From the NCBI GenBank assembly GCA_950097015.1, contig CATNEN010000038.1:7936001-8000000 (forward strand): a stretch of DNA of 64,000 nt, read 5' to 3'. The position numbers were made by a program, and so were the translations under genes. Below are positions 24,882 to 36,815 of this stretch, piece after piece (within the stretch, counting starts at the first letter, position 1; every line of letters starts with the position of its first letter). The stretch is from Macrostomum hystrix. Its lineage: Eukaryota; Animalia; Platyhelminthes. The notes below the pieces were generated by a model. That model was given only the letters and a program-made list of their open reading frames with translations, was not told the origin of the DNA and made no database searches.

Positions 24882-27800
24882 TCAAAGCACAGAGCAGCAG
24901 CATTTGGCAGTGGAGCCACCAGCCTGGGCGGCCATGGCCGACTGCTGCCTGCTGAGCTGCGGCCGGGTGCGCTTGTGATCCAGCACGGCGCGGATCAAGC
25001 CGAAGAAGGCCTGATTTAGCACAGAGACACGCGATAGGCAAAGGAGTGGGCGGTATTGGCTAACATTGTTAGTGAAAATACTTTCACTGCCGCTATGAGT
25101 AGGCAGTACTGAAAAATTCCGAAAATTATATTCCCGGATAGCTTAATATTCCAGCTAGAAAACAGAACGCTAGCAGTTACACATATTTGGCAGCTGATCT
25201 CTTAAAATGTCACATTTAAGGTAAGCATTTTAAAATCTCCCTATAAAAACAATACTAGTTTGTTAAACAATCTAATATAAAAAACACCTGTTTTTTGGAT
25301 ATTAGTAGAAAAAGATAAGTTAAAGCACTAAAACAAGTAAGCAGTGGCAGAGCAGTGCCGCTCTGAGTTCGAATCCGCGGCAAGCCCACATTTAATTGGG
25401 TAGATTAGCCGCGGAGAGAAGGCTTGGGGGCTTGTCGTGCAATTTACGCTCCTGAGGGCCAACCTCCAAGGCACAGTGAGAGTGTAGACTGCCTGACGAT
25501 GAGAAAGCCAGGGCAGATGTACACACCTGTGCGAGCGTGTGCCTGCGTACAGTATCTGTGTGCGCGTGTGCTCAGGAGTGAGTGGAATGGGCAGAATTGC
25601 CTCCTCGCTGGCTGCAGGTCTAGTGTCATCAAATGATGTGCCATTGCCCGCAGCCCTCCTGCAACTATTATTATTATTATTATTATTATAAGCAGAGCCT
25701 GACCTTGTCAACATTCTCCCGAGTCTTGGCCGAAGTCTCCAGGTAGGGGATGCGCCAGGACTCGGCGCGAGTCTCCGCATCCTTGGCTGACACCTGGCGA
25801 CTGTCCGTGAGGTCACACTTGTTGCCCACTAGCAGCATGGGAACAGACTCATCGCCCTTCACCCGGATAATCTGCTCCCTGGAAATGGCATAATTGTCTA
25901 TTTTGATAAATTACAACAAGAACAATTGGGCCAGGTGTCCAAAGACTGTGTACAGACTGTTCAAAGACTGTGTACAGACTGTCAGAAGACTGTGTACATA
26001 CTGTTCAAAGACTGTGTACAGACTGTCAAAAGACTGTACAGCTTCTCAGACTGTGGACTGACAGTGTCAATGGATGCTGATAAAACAGCTACCGCCCACC
26101 TGAACTCATTAGTGGCAGTGAATGACTCCGGATCTGTGATTGAGAACACGCATAGGAAGCCCTCTCCGCCGCGGAAGTAATTATCCCTGATGCTGGCGTA
26201 GTCCTCCTGGCCGGCGGTGTCCAGGATGTCGATGTGCACCTCGGTGCCCTCCAGCGTGACCTTCTTGCGGTACATATCGACTTTGGTGGGCTCGTAGTCT
26301 TCGACGAACTGCGGGGGTTGATTGATAATAACAGTAATAACTGCGGGGGTTGATTGATAATAACAGTAATAACTGCGGGGGTTGATTGATAATAACAGTA
26401 ATAACTGCAGGGGTTGATTGATAATAACAGTAATAACTGCGGGGGTTGATTGATAATAACAGTAATAACTGCGGGGGTTGATTGATAATAACAGTAATAA
26501 CTGCGGGGGTTGATTGATAATAACAGTAATAACTGCGGGGGTTGATTGATAATAACAGCAATAACTGCGGGGGTTGATTGATAATAACAGTAATAACTGC
26601 GGGGATTGATTGATAATAACAGTAATAACTGCGGGGGTTGATTGATAATAACAGAAATAACTGCGGGGGTTGATTGATAATAACAGTAATAACTGCGGGG
26701 GTTGATTGATAATAACAGTAATAACTGCGGGGGTTGATTGATAATAACAGTAATAACTGCGGGGGTTGATTGATAATAACAGTAATAACTGCAGGGGTTG
26801 ATTGATAATAACAGTAATAACTGCGGGGGTTGATTGATAATAACAGTAATAACTGCGGGGGTTGATTGATAATAACAGTAATAACTGCGGGGGTTGATTG
26901 ATAATAACAGTAATAACTGCGGGGGTTGATTGATAATAACAGCAATAACTGCGGGGGTTGATTGATAATAACAGAAATAACTGCGGGGGTTGATTGATAA
27001 TAACAGTAATAACTGCGGGGGTTGATTGATAATAACAGTAATAACTGCGGGGGTTGATTGATAATAACAGTAATAACTGCGGGGGTTGATTGATAATAAC
27101 AGAAATAACTGCGGGGGTTGATTGATAATAACAGTAATAACTGCGGGGGTTGATTGATAATAACAGTAATAACTGCGGGGGTTGATTGATAATAACAGTA
27201 ATAACTGCGGGGATTGATTGATAATAACAGTAATAACTGCGGGGGTTGATTGATAATAACAGTAATAACTGCGGGGGTTGATTGATAATAACAGTAATAA
27301 CTGCGGGGGTTGATTGATAATAACAGTAATAACTGCGGGGGTTGATTGATAATAACAGTAATAACTGCGGGGGTTGATTGATAATAACAGTAATAACTGC
27401 GGGGTTTGATTGATAATAACAGAAATAACTGCGGGGGTTGATTGATAATAACAGTAATAACTGCGGGGGTTGATTGATAATAACAGTAATAACTGCGGGG
27501 GTTGATTGATAATAACAGTAATAACTGCGGGGGTTGATTGATAATAACAGTAATAACTGCGGGGGTTGATTGATAATAACAGTAATAACTGCGGGGGTTG
27601 ATTGATAATAACAGTAATAACTGCGGGGGTTGATTGATAATAACAGTAATAACTGCGGGGTTGATTGATAATAACAGTAATAACTGCGGGGGTTGATTGA
27701 TAATAACAGTAATAACTGCGGGGGTTGATTGATAATAACAGTAATAACTGCGGGGGTTGATTGATAATAACAGTAATAACTGCGGGGGTTGATTGATAAT

Positions 27801-29341
27801 AACAGTAATAACTGCGGGGGTTGATTGATAATAACAGTAATAACTGCGGGGGTTGATTGATAATAACAGTAATAACTGCGGGGGTTGATTGATAATAACA
27901 GTAATAACTGCGGGGGTTGATTGATAATAACAGTAATAACTACGGGGGTTGATTGATAATAACAGTAATAACTGCGGGGGTTGATTGATAATAACAGCAA
28001 TAACTGCAGGGGTTGATTGATAATAACAGTAATAACTGCGGGGGTTGATTGATAATAACAGTAATAACTGCGGGGTTGATTGATAATAACAGTAATAACT
28101 GCGGGGGTTGATTGATAATAACAGTAATAACTGCGGGGGTTGATTGATAATAACAGTAATAACTGCGGGGGTTGATTGATAATAACAGTAATAACTGCGG
28201 GGGTTGATTGATAATAACAGTAATAACTGCGGGGGTTGATTGATAATAACAGTAATAACTGCGGGGGTTGATTGATAATAACAGTAATAACTGCGGGGGT
28301 TGATTGATAATAACAGTAATAACTGCGGGGGTTGATTGATAATAACAGTAATAACTACGGGGGTTGATTGATAATAACAGTAATAACTGCGGGGGTTGAT
28401 TGATAATAACAGCAATAACTGCAGGGGTTGATTGATAATAACAGTAATAACTGCGGGGGTTGATTGATAATAACAGTAATAACTGCGGGGGTTGATTGAT
28501 AATAACAGAAATAACTGCGGGGGTTGATTGATAATAACAGTAATAACTGCGGGAGGGCTACGGACAATGGGATATCATCTGGTGACAGTGGACCCGCAGC
28601 CAGCAGAGAGCAGCCAGCACTGACTCTACCCATTCCACTGACTCCTGAGTACACACTTACACAGGTGTGAACTCGTACATATGCCTTTGTTATCTTCAGG
28701 CAATGTACGCTCTCACTCCAAGCTTTCTAGGCTTCTCTCCGCGGCTGAGATTTAAATGAGTGAAAACTAAGATTCGAACTCCAGACCAATCTCTAATCTA
28801 CAATGAGATTCGAACTCCAGACCAATCTCTAATCTACATTGGGATTCGAACTCCAGACCAATCTCTAATCTACAACGAGATTCGAACTCCAGACAAAACT
28901 CTAATTTACAATGGGATTCGAACTCCAGACAAAACTCGAATCTACAATGGGATTCGAACTCCAGACAAAACTCTAAGCTACAATGAGATTCGAACTCCAG
29001 ACAAAACTCTAAGCTACAATGAGATTCGAACTCCAGACAAAACTCTAATCTACAATGGGATTCGAACTCCAGACAAAACTCTAAGCTACAATGAGATTCG
29101 AACTCCAGACAAAACTCTAAGCTACAATGGGATTCGAACTCCAGACCAATCTCTAACCGATAATGAGATTCGAACTCCAGACCAATCTCTAGCCTACAAC
29201 CAGATTAGATTATTAAACACGTCTCACCTCATCGTACATGAACTGCAAGGTGAGGGCACTCTTGCCCACAGCTCCGCTTCCCACCATGATGATCTTGTGC
29301 ACCGGCTGGGAGGAGCTGGTACCACTCTTCTGCTTGGACAT
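24882..29341 (-). CDS. RALA: Ral GTPase, isoform with proximal last exon (208 aa, ends KCCCSVL); exons 29341-29228, 26308-26100, 25878-25704, 25010-24882
   Basis: [24 protein letters not shown]|[56 protein letters not shown]|AFF. All phases are consistent. Confidence 0.88.
25345..25688 (+). mobile_element. tRNA-derived SINE with (TTA)n tail and 7-bp TSD in Ral intron 3
   Basis: A-box-like TGGCAGAGCAG, B box GTTCGAATCC, (TTA)n tail, TAAGCAG at 25338-25344 and 25689-25695. Homologous copies occur at about 55066, 58643 and 62190. Confidence 0.82.
25935..26065. repeat. 22-bp array AAAGACTGTGTACAGACTGTTC in Ral intron 2
   Basis: About 5 copies. Confidence 0.85.
26309..28551. repeat. 32-bp array, about 70 copies, consisting of the Ral exon-2 acceptor region
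   Basis: Gene-strand unit TTATTACTGTTATTATCAATCAACCCCCGCAG. The last copy abuts exon 2. Confidence 0.97.
28765..29200. repeat. 36-bp array containing a Pol III B-box-like motif, in Ral intron 1
   Basis: G(A/G)GATTCGAACTCCAGAC..., about 12 copies; minus strand reads GAGTTCGAATC(T/C)C. Confidence 0.93.
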
Positions 29342-29779
29342 GACTGCGCAGCGAGGTCTGTCTGTTGTGAGCAGTGTCTGCTAATTATTGAGCTACCCGG
29401 ATTCGCAATAACAATAGCTCAATCCGATTGCTGAAAACTGTAAAGATTAGTAGCGATCAATTCGCCAGTGCACTACCCGCATAAAGTGTCGGCCAGAAAA
29501 TTTAATTTCTTTAATGCTTACCGCTTGATTTAGGTTAGCTAAGTTAATGAATGTTTTTTACTGTATTGAAATCCTATAAGAAAATAGAAAACACGACTGT
29601 GAAGTGGGCAATCTCTTTAATTATATGCACAGCTGACGGATTAACAGATTAACTGAAAATATTGACCGAGTACCTAAATAAACAGCATAAATGACAGGAA
29701 AATGATTAGATATCTTCATAAGACATCATATCAAACGGGATACCTAAGAATGTTATCTATGGGATTTCTGAGAAAGAAT

Positions 29780-31335
29780 TTTATCAATGAGATATCTGCA
29801 AGAGAATCCCATCAATGGGATATTTGCACGAGAATCACATCAATGGGATAGCTGCAAGATAATCTCATCAATGAGATATTTGCACGAGAATCACATCAAT
29901 GAGATATCTGCAAGAGAATCTCATCAATGGGATATTTGCACGAGAATCACATCAATGAGATATCTGCAAGAGAATCTCATCAATGAGATATCTGCACGAG
30001 AATCACATCAATGGGATATTTGCACGAGAATCACATCAATGGGATAGCTGCAAGATAATCTCATCAATGAGATATTTGCACGAGAATCACATCAATGAGA
30101 TATCTGCAAGAGAATCACATCAATGAGATATTTGCACGAGAATCACATCAATGGGATAGCTGCAAGATAATCTCATCAATGAGATATTTGCACGAGAATC
30201 ACATCAATGAGATATCTGCAAGAGAATCTCATCAATGGGATATTTGCACGAGAATCACATCAATGGGATAGCTGCAAGATAATCTCATCAATGAGATATT
30301 TGCACGAGAATCACATCAATGAGATATCTGCAAGAGAATCCCATCAATGGGATATTTGCACGAGAATCACATCAATGGGATAGCTGCAAGATAATCTCAT
30401 CAATGAGATATTTGCACGAGAATCACATCAATGAGATATCTGCAAGAGAATCTCATCAATGGGATATTTGCACGAGAATCACATCAATGAGATATCTGCA
30501 AGAGAATCTCATCAATGAGATATCTGCACGAGAATCACATCAATGGGATAGCTGCAAGAGAATCACATCAATGGGATAGCTGCAAGATAATCTCATCAAT
30601 GAGATATTTGCACGAGAATCACATCAATGAGATATCTGCAAGAGAATCTCATCAATGGGATATTTGCACGAGAATCTCATCAATGAGATATCTGCACGAG
30701 AATCACATCAATGGGATAGCTGCAAGAGAATCACATCAATGGGATAGCTGCAAGATAATCTCATCAATGGGATATTTGCACGAGAATCACATCAATGAGA
30801 TATCTGCAAGAGAATCACATCAATGAGATATCTGCAAGAGAATCTCATCAATGAGATATCTGCACGAGAATCACATCAATGGGATAGCTGCAAGATAATC
30901 TCATCAATGAGATATTTGCACGAGAATCACATCAATGAGATATCTGCAAGAGAATCTCATCAATGGGATATTTGCACGAGAATCACATCAATGAGATATC
31001 TGCAAGAGAATCTCATCAATGGGATATCTGCAAGAGAATCACATCAATGGGATAGCTGCAAGAGAATCACATCAATGGGATATTTGCACGAGAATCACAT
31101 CAATGAGATATTTGCACGAGAATCACATCAATGGGATAGCTGCAAGATAATCTCATCAATGAGATATTTGCACGAGAATCACATCAATGAGATATCTGCA
31201 AGATAATCTCATCAATGGGATATTTGCACGAGAATCACATCAATGAGATATCTGCAAGAGAATCTCATCAATGGGATATCTGCAAGAGAATCTTAAGTAT
31301 AGGATATCTGCAAGATAATCTCATCTATGGGATAT
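29780..31335. repeat. 28-bp array (ATCAATG(A/G)GATA..TGCA.GA.AATC.C) with higher-order variant pattern
   Basis: About 55 copies between OLA1 and Ral. Confidence 0.96.
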
Positions 31336-31803
31336 TTGAGAAATAAGCTAAACGAGGATTAACCATAGACCTAAACTGTAAAAAAAATCTTTGCGCTAAG
31401 CAAAATCACAAAAGATGCTAGAAATATTCCATCCACAGAACGGCAGAACTCAAACAGCACTGAGGACCACCTGGGACAGACTAGAAAGCTGAGCCCAGGT
31501 CGCCCACAGGTGAGCACTGATTTCAAAAGAGCAGCCAAAATTTTGTCGGCATAGAATTTATTTGAATAACGTTAATAGCAACATTTTCGAGCAAGAAAGT
31601 AGACTTGGGGTCAGTGGTTTAGAGTCAGTTTATAGCAGGGATTGCTGAGCCGGTTAATTAAGCTAGATTATTACAAGTTTAAATGATCTCATTAAGTTCT
31701 GTTAGCCCAGACATACCAATGCAAAATTTTAAAAGTCCTATAACATGATAGAATATAAAGAAGTCCCTCCCAATGACGCGGCCAGTCCATTTCTATCTCT
31801 CGC

Positions 31804-33003
31804 TTACTTCTTCTTAGCGGCTGTTAGGCCGGCGCCAGCGTTGAACTTAAAGAAGATAATGTCACCATCCTGCACCACATAGTCGCGACCCTTCTGCTTA
31901 TACTTGCCCTTGGATTTCACCTCAGTTTCGGAGCCGCACTCTTTATAGTCGTCGAATGACATAACTTCAGCCATGATGAAGCCGTTCTCCATGTCGCTGT
32001 GAATCTTGCCAGCAGCTTGTGGAGCCTTGGTGTTCAGCTGGATGGTCCAGGCCTTAACTTCATCCTTGCCCGCGGTGAAGAAGTATTGCAGCTGCAGGGC
32101 CTTGTAGCCAGTGGAGATGATCTTGCTCAGTGCGGAGGAGACGCCCGACTCCTTGGAGAACTCGGCTCGCTGCTCCTCGGTCATGTCGGCCCAGCGTAGC
32201 TCCAGCTCGGCTGACAGCGGGATGACGGCGGCTCCGGGATCGTGCGCGTCGATCCACTCCTTGATCTTTGGCAGCCATTTGTTCTTCTTGCGAATGTAGT
32301 CCTTCTCGCTCAAGTTGACAAGGTACACAATAGGCTTGGCCGTGATGAACAGGTGCTCGTTTAGCACCTCGATCTCCTTGTCGTTCCAGTGTTCGAAGCG
32401 CAGCGACTTTTTCTCCTCGACGACAATACGGTGCACTTTTTGGAAGGCCTCGAACACAGCCGTCTTAGACTTGTCGCCGCCACGAGTCACGACCTTCTCA
32501 AGCTTGTCGAACTCCTTCACAATGTAGGCTTCATCCTTGAGTCGCAGCTCCTCGGAGATGATTTCCAGGTCGCGGATTGGGTCGATTTCGCCCTCAACGT
32601 GAGTGACCTCTTGCGAGTCGAATGTGCGCACCATGTGGAACAGGGCATCCACGCCGCGGATGTTGCTAAGGAAGGCGTTGCCAAGGCCTTGACCTTCGCT
32701 GGCACCTTTTACAAGGCCGGCGATGTCCCAGATGTTAAGGTAGGCGGGCACTCGGCTGGCGGGCTGCCAGTGCTCGCACAGCCAGTCGAAGCGCTCATCT
32801 GGCACAGCCACGCGGCTCTCGTGGGGATCTATAGTGCAGAATGGAAAGTTCTCAGCTGGCGCAGAGCTCTTTGTGAGCACGTTGAAAAATGTACTTTTGC
32901 CAACATTTGGCAAGCCGACGATGCCAATCTTCAAGTTGCTGCCCATCCGGCCGATAATTGGCGCATTCTTTGGCTCATCGCCTCCCTTCTTCTTTGGCGG
33001 CAT
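31804..33003 (-). CDS. OLA1: Obg-like ATPase 1 (YchF/OLA1), 399 aa, intronless CDS
   Basis: [52 protein letters not shown]4 variant, TGS domain FFTAG.DEV.AWTI...[10 protein letters not shown]. Confidence 0.98.
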   Translation of the reverse strand: MPPKKKGGDEPKNAPIIGRMGSNLKIGIVGLPNVGKSTFFNVLTKSSAPAENFPFCTIDPHESRVAVPDERFDWLCEHWQPASRVPAYLNIWDIAGLVKGASEGQGLGNAFLSNIRGVDALFHMVRTFDSQEVTHVEGEIDPIRDLEIISEELRLKDEAYIVKEFDKLEKVVTRGGDKSKTAVFEAFQKVHRIVVEEKKSLRFEHWNDKEIEVLNEHLFITAKPIVYLVNLSEKDYIRKKNKWLPKIKEWIDAHDPGAAVIPLSAELELRWADMTEEQRAEFSKESGVSSALSKIISTGYKALQLQYFFTAGKDEVKAWTIQLNTKAPQAAGKIHSDMENGFIMAEVMSFDDYKECGSETEVKSKGKYKQKGRDYVVQDGDIIFFKFNAGAGLTAAKKK

Positions 33004-33179
33004 TGCTTTGATGTTGTGGTCTGTCTGTCTTTTTTGTCTGCCTTGAAATCTTCTCCCTCACGCACTGGACTTGCTGCTGCTGCCTTGCTTGCGCTGGCGC
33101 TGAAATCATGCGAAATTATTTAGTTAATGGCCATTTAGCTGTCATATTATATGTTAGAGAGTATACAAGGCAAACTTAA

Positions 33180-33360
33180 GCCCACTTGAACCAGGTCACC
33201 GACTCAGACGTTTTCCCTAGCTAATACTGGTACCCATTTTACAGCTGGGTGAACTGAAGCTATTAGGGATATCAAGTGTCTTGTTCAAGGGCACAGATTG
33301 TTTCCCTTGGGCCTATTTCGAACTCCCGACGTCTCGATTGTTTAACCGTCGCACCGAAGC
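33180..33360 (-). mobile_element. CORE-type tRNA SINE remnant
   Basis: Minus strand GAGTTCGAAA followed by TGTGCCCTTGAACAAGACACTT...CAGTTCACCCAGCTGTAAAATGGG, resembling the CORE/MIR central domain as recalled. Confidence 0.55.
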
Positions 33361-34139
33361 TTGAGCTGCAAGCTTCTGAATGTGAGCAAGCGTTACGAAA
33401 ATCCTACGCAAATACGCAACTTTACATTAAAGTATGAAATGCAATTCAATTCGTTATCTGAAGATTGGATTAGAATCCAGGTGTATTGTAATTAACATGT
33501 TCTTTATTTAATAATTCTCCAATTGGATTTTTTATTCAAGCTTTTAATTTCCTTAGGTAGGAAACTTACGGCCAATTAGCTAACAATTTTGTAGGACACA
33601 AATGCCTTTAAGTTTTACTAGCGTGCTTTGGATACAAGATACAAACAGGAAATCTTTTTAAATTTCAACCTAACAAATTGACGTTCGACTCAATGCTAAG
33701 ATATAGAACGGAAAACAGTCGCTAATTAGTAAGAAATAACATTTTTACACGGGACTTCTAGCGGGTCCTTGGAGATATTTTCTATAATACAGAAAGAATT
33801 CGCTAAATGAAAATTTAAATGCAATTATCTGGAGTCCCACTGTGACTTTCACAAAATTATTTATGCACCCTACAGAACTCGAGTGCTAGGACGGGTTTGC
33901 CCTACAGAAACTATGAAGCCATTTTTCTGAGGAATGAGGAAATTTATTTTAAATCAAATAAGACGGAAAATAAATAAAGCTAGCCAACCAATCGAGCGAA
34001 GGTCGATTCTCTTGCATTAAGAAATTATAAAACCTTGGTTAAAATTATGGTAATCATAAAGAAAGGAATTATGAAATACTTTGTTGTCTTTCTTAGTATA
34101 GAGCCTGTGATATTAACACTCGCTTATGACAAAAACAAA

Positions 34140-34330
34140 AACAACGAGTCCACGGCTGGATTGGATGCCAACAGCAATGCCAAGATCAGGCTGGAGTTGC
34201 GAAACTGCAACGGGCATAAGGAGCTTCTGCTGAAGGCTGGTGGATATATTGGGCTCGCAGACAGGCTAATCAATGGAAGTGTAACTCAAATCAGTGGAAA
34301 GCTAATTAAAGTAAGATTTATTGTTTTAGA
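34140..34330 (+). pseudogene. Possible decayed Pif1/Helitron helicase 2B fragment
   Basis: ELLLKAG...IGLADRLINGSVTQI...IKVRF resembles L.LK.G...D..DGL.NG with a deletion. Weak. Confidence 0.25.
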
Positions 34331-36815
34331 TAATAAAATTTCTAAATTAAAAGATACGATGATAATTAAATAGAAAGAAATAAAAAGTAATAGCTTCTTC
34401 TTTGCAATTTGTCTGTTTGATGAAAGACTAGTAAGTTTAGACTTTCATTAGCTTGACGCAAAGTATAGAGTTATAACTTCTGTTAACAAGACGCCCAGGC
34501 ATAAGGTTTGAACATCCGCTAGTTTGACACAAGGTATAAGGTTCGGACTTCCTTTTGTTTGATACAATGTATAAGGTTCGGACTCGCGTCAGCTTGATGC
34601 TAGGAATAAAGTTCGGACATCCGTTAGTTTGACATTTCTGTTCAGACGTCAATATGTAGTCTTACAGCAAGATTTTAAAGCTAGGTAAAGAGTTTTGGCT
34701 CTAAATAGTTTTAAACACGGCATCAAAATCAATGCGAGAAAGAAAGAAGGCAGAAGTTTATTAGTAGCACATTCTGCCCGCAGGTGAACCACCGGAGCCT
34801 GTGCCGCACCCAAGCAGATAGCCTGGATTCTCAGAGTGTTGGATTGGTGCTGGACTCGTAAAAGCTGGAGAATTCCGCACCAAATGGGACAGGCAGTGTT
34901 ATTTAAGGAATCAACACACGGTCAATCCCAAGAAGGGCGGCGCTGTTGGATTGATTTAAGACATGCAGAACGCCTCGTTGGACTTTAAAGTACAGGAATT
35001 TTGCATGTTTACCCAAATGAAAGCAGCACACACTAGGAACTGAGTAAGCTTAGCATATATTAATCAACTGTTTCAGAAGCAGTCTATCTGGAAAATAATC
35101 ACTGCGGATATAAAGGATCAGAGAGCCGACCAGCTGCAGGCTCTGGTGCAAGGCAACGCGGCATCGTCCTGCGTAACCCTGAAAGTTAGGCCGCTGACTA
35201 CAGCCAAGGTTGCTGCCAGCTCGACGGTGTTGCTGTTCGACCGAAACAAGAAAGCCCTTAAGCAGCTGCGCGAGCAAATCAAAGCCTCCAACTGGCGCAT
35301 CAGGCACTCGACGCTGCTACTCTACAACGTGAAAGGCGGTAGCGGTCCTACAACCGAGTCGTGCATTCTGGTGATCCTGTTCGCTTGCAGTATGCTAGTT
35401 TTATCGGGAGCTCTATTAGTGAAGGTGATGGTCTGACGTTCTAGATGGTTTAAATTCTGATATTCCAACTTCTTTTCTGCAGCATTTTCGAGCCCAAGAA
35501 CATCCGTTGCAACATAAAAAAAAACACGAATTAGGTGTGCAGCCTAATGGACATGACTTTGAGCTCGAGCAACCTGGACATCTACTCGGAGTCGGCTGAA
35601 TCAATCGGGTTATTTAATTCGACACCAAGGAGAGCGCTACAATCGCTAATGGCAAGGCGGAATCATGCCATTCAAGGCGGCATCGACAGGGCGCATAAAC
35701 TTAGACGCAACCAGCATGCGTGTGCTCAGTGTGCATCAATGCAATCAATCACGGCCAGGTGAGATAAACTTAACGAATGTGTTGAAGTCCAATGTCATCA
35801 ATAACAAGCCTATTCCATCACTATTATTTTCAGATCAACGGGACAAATCAATGAACTAATGTGAAAACAGCTGTGAACCATTGTCAAGACTGTCGAATAA
35901 TTGAAGCAGTTAAGTAAATACAAGACCACTGACAAGGCAAAGTGGTGTTAACAAAGTCAATCGCCGTCTTGCAAGATATAAATGATCTTTATATTGACGT
36001 GCAAAAGGGGCGTTGCTTGCAGCGGTTGATAGAAGGCTTGTTGCTACGGGCGAAATACACACAGAATATAAGCCCTGTGCCTGTTCATGTGTGTATGTAC
36101 GTGGCATCATTTTCTCTTTTTGGAGTGTTCTTTTTAAGCCTACCAATGTTGACCGATTGTTGCAAGCCTTGAATGTCTATGGCCACGGCCTGTACTGCTT
36201 AACTGGCTATACATACCTTAGCTGATTGCACGAGTTTTCGAGAAGGAAAAAATTGTTCCCGCACGCTAAATCAAAAATAGGTAAGCTACTAAAGATATAT
36301 ACCTAAAATTTCATTAAAATACACAGCCTACTTTTACTAAAAAACTGATAAAAAAATGCAACAAACGAAACACAATGAAAGCTGACAAACGAAGTAGAAC
36401 TCTAAACTGCTTTATTACCTAGTATAGAAACGGAGACACTTATGTGGCACATGCACTCGTACTTAATAGGCAATAGAGAGACCAAATAGACAATGCTATG
36501 CTATCCTACTGAAAAGTAGTATTGTGATCAAATTAATCGGAACAGACAAATTTTGGTCACAAAGCAGAGAGCACCATACAGATGTATACTATAATTAGCG
36601 TTCAATACTCGTACTACTAGCATATTTAAGTAGCCAGAAAACCATTTAGGGAATGAAGCTGGCCGAGAATAGGAAAAACACAAGAGCAAGTCGGGGTAAA
36701 CAGATAAATTTTATGACGAAAACTTGATTTCAGATGCAAACGAAACAGTCGCCACCGCCCGAGCAGTCGCCAGTCGAAGGGTCGCCAGCACATGAATGAT
36801 TCGCAGACTACATCA

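Noticed and set aside
25982-28415. 672 and 744 aa ORFs
   Set aside because: Translations of the 32-bp intronic array. Only 26308-26100 is real Ral coding sequence.
19787-31335. Regular 28-36 bp repeats as CRISPR arrays
   Set aside because: Units are head-to-tail with no unique spacers, there are no cas genes, and the context is eukaryotic.
31804-33003. OLA1 as a processed pseudogene
   Set aside because: The ORF is intact with all motifs, and no poly(A) tract or TSD is visible. Being intronless is not enough.
34780-36230. Coding-like patches on + (35146-35436, 35535-35762, 35910-36060)
   Set aside because: No recognisable domain, interrupted by stops, and no consistent exon chain. Probably decayed TE or gene fragments.
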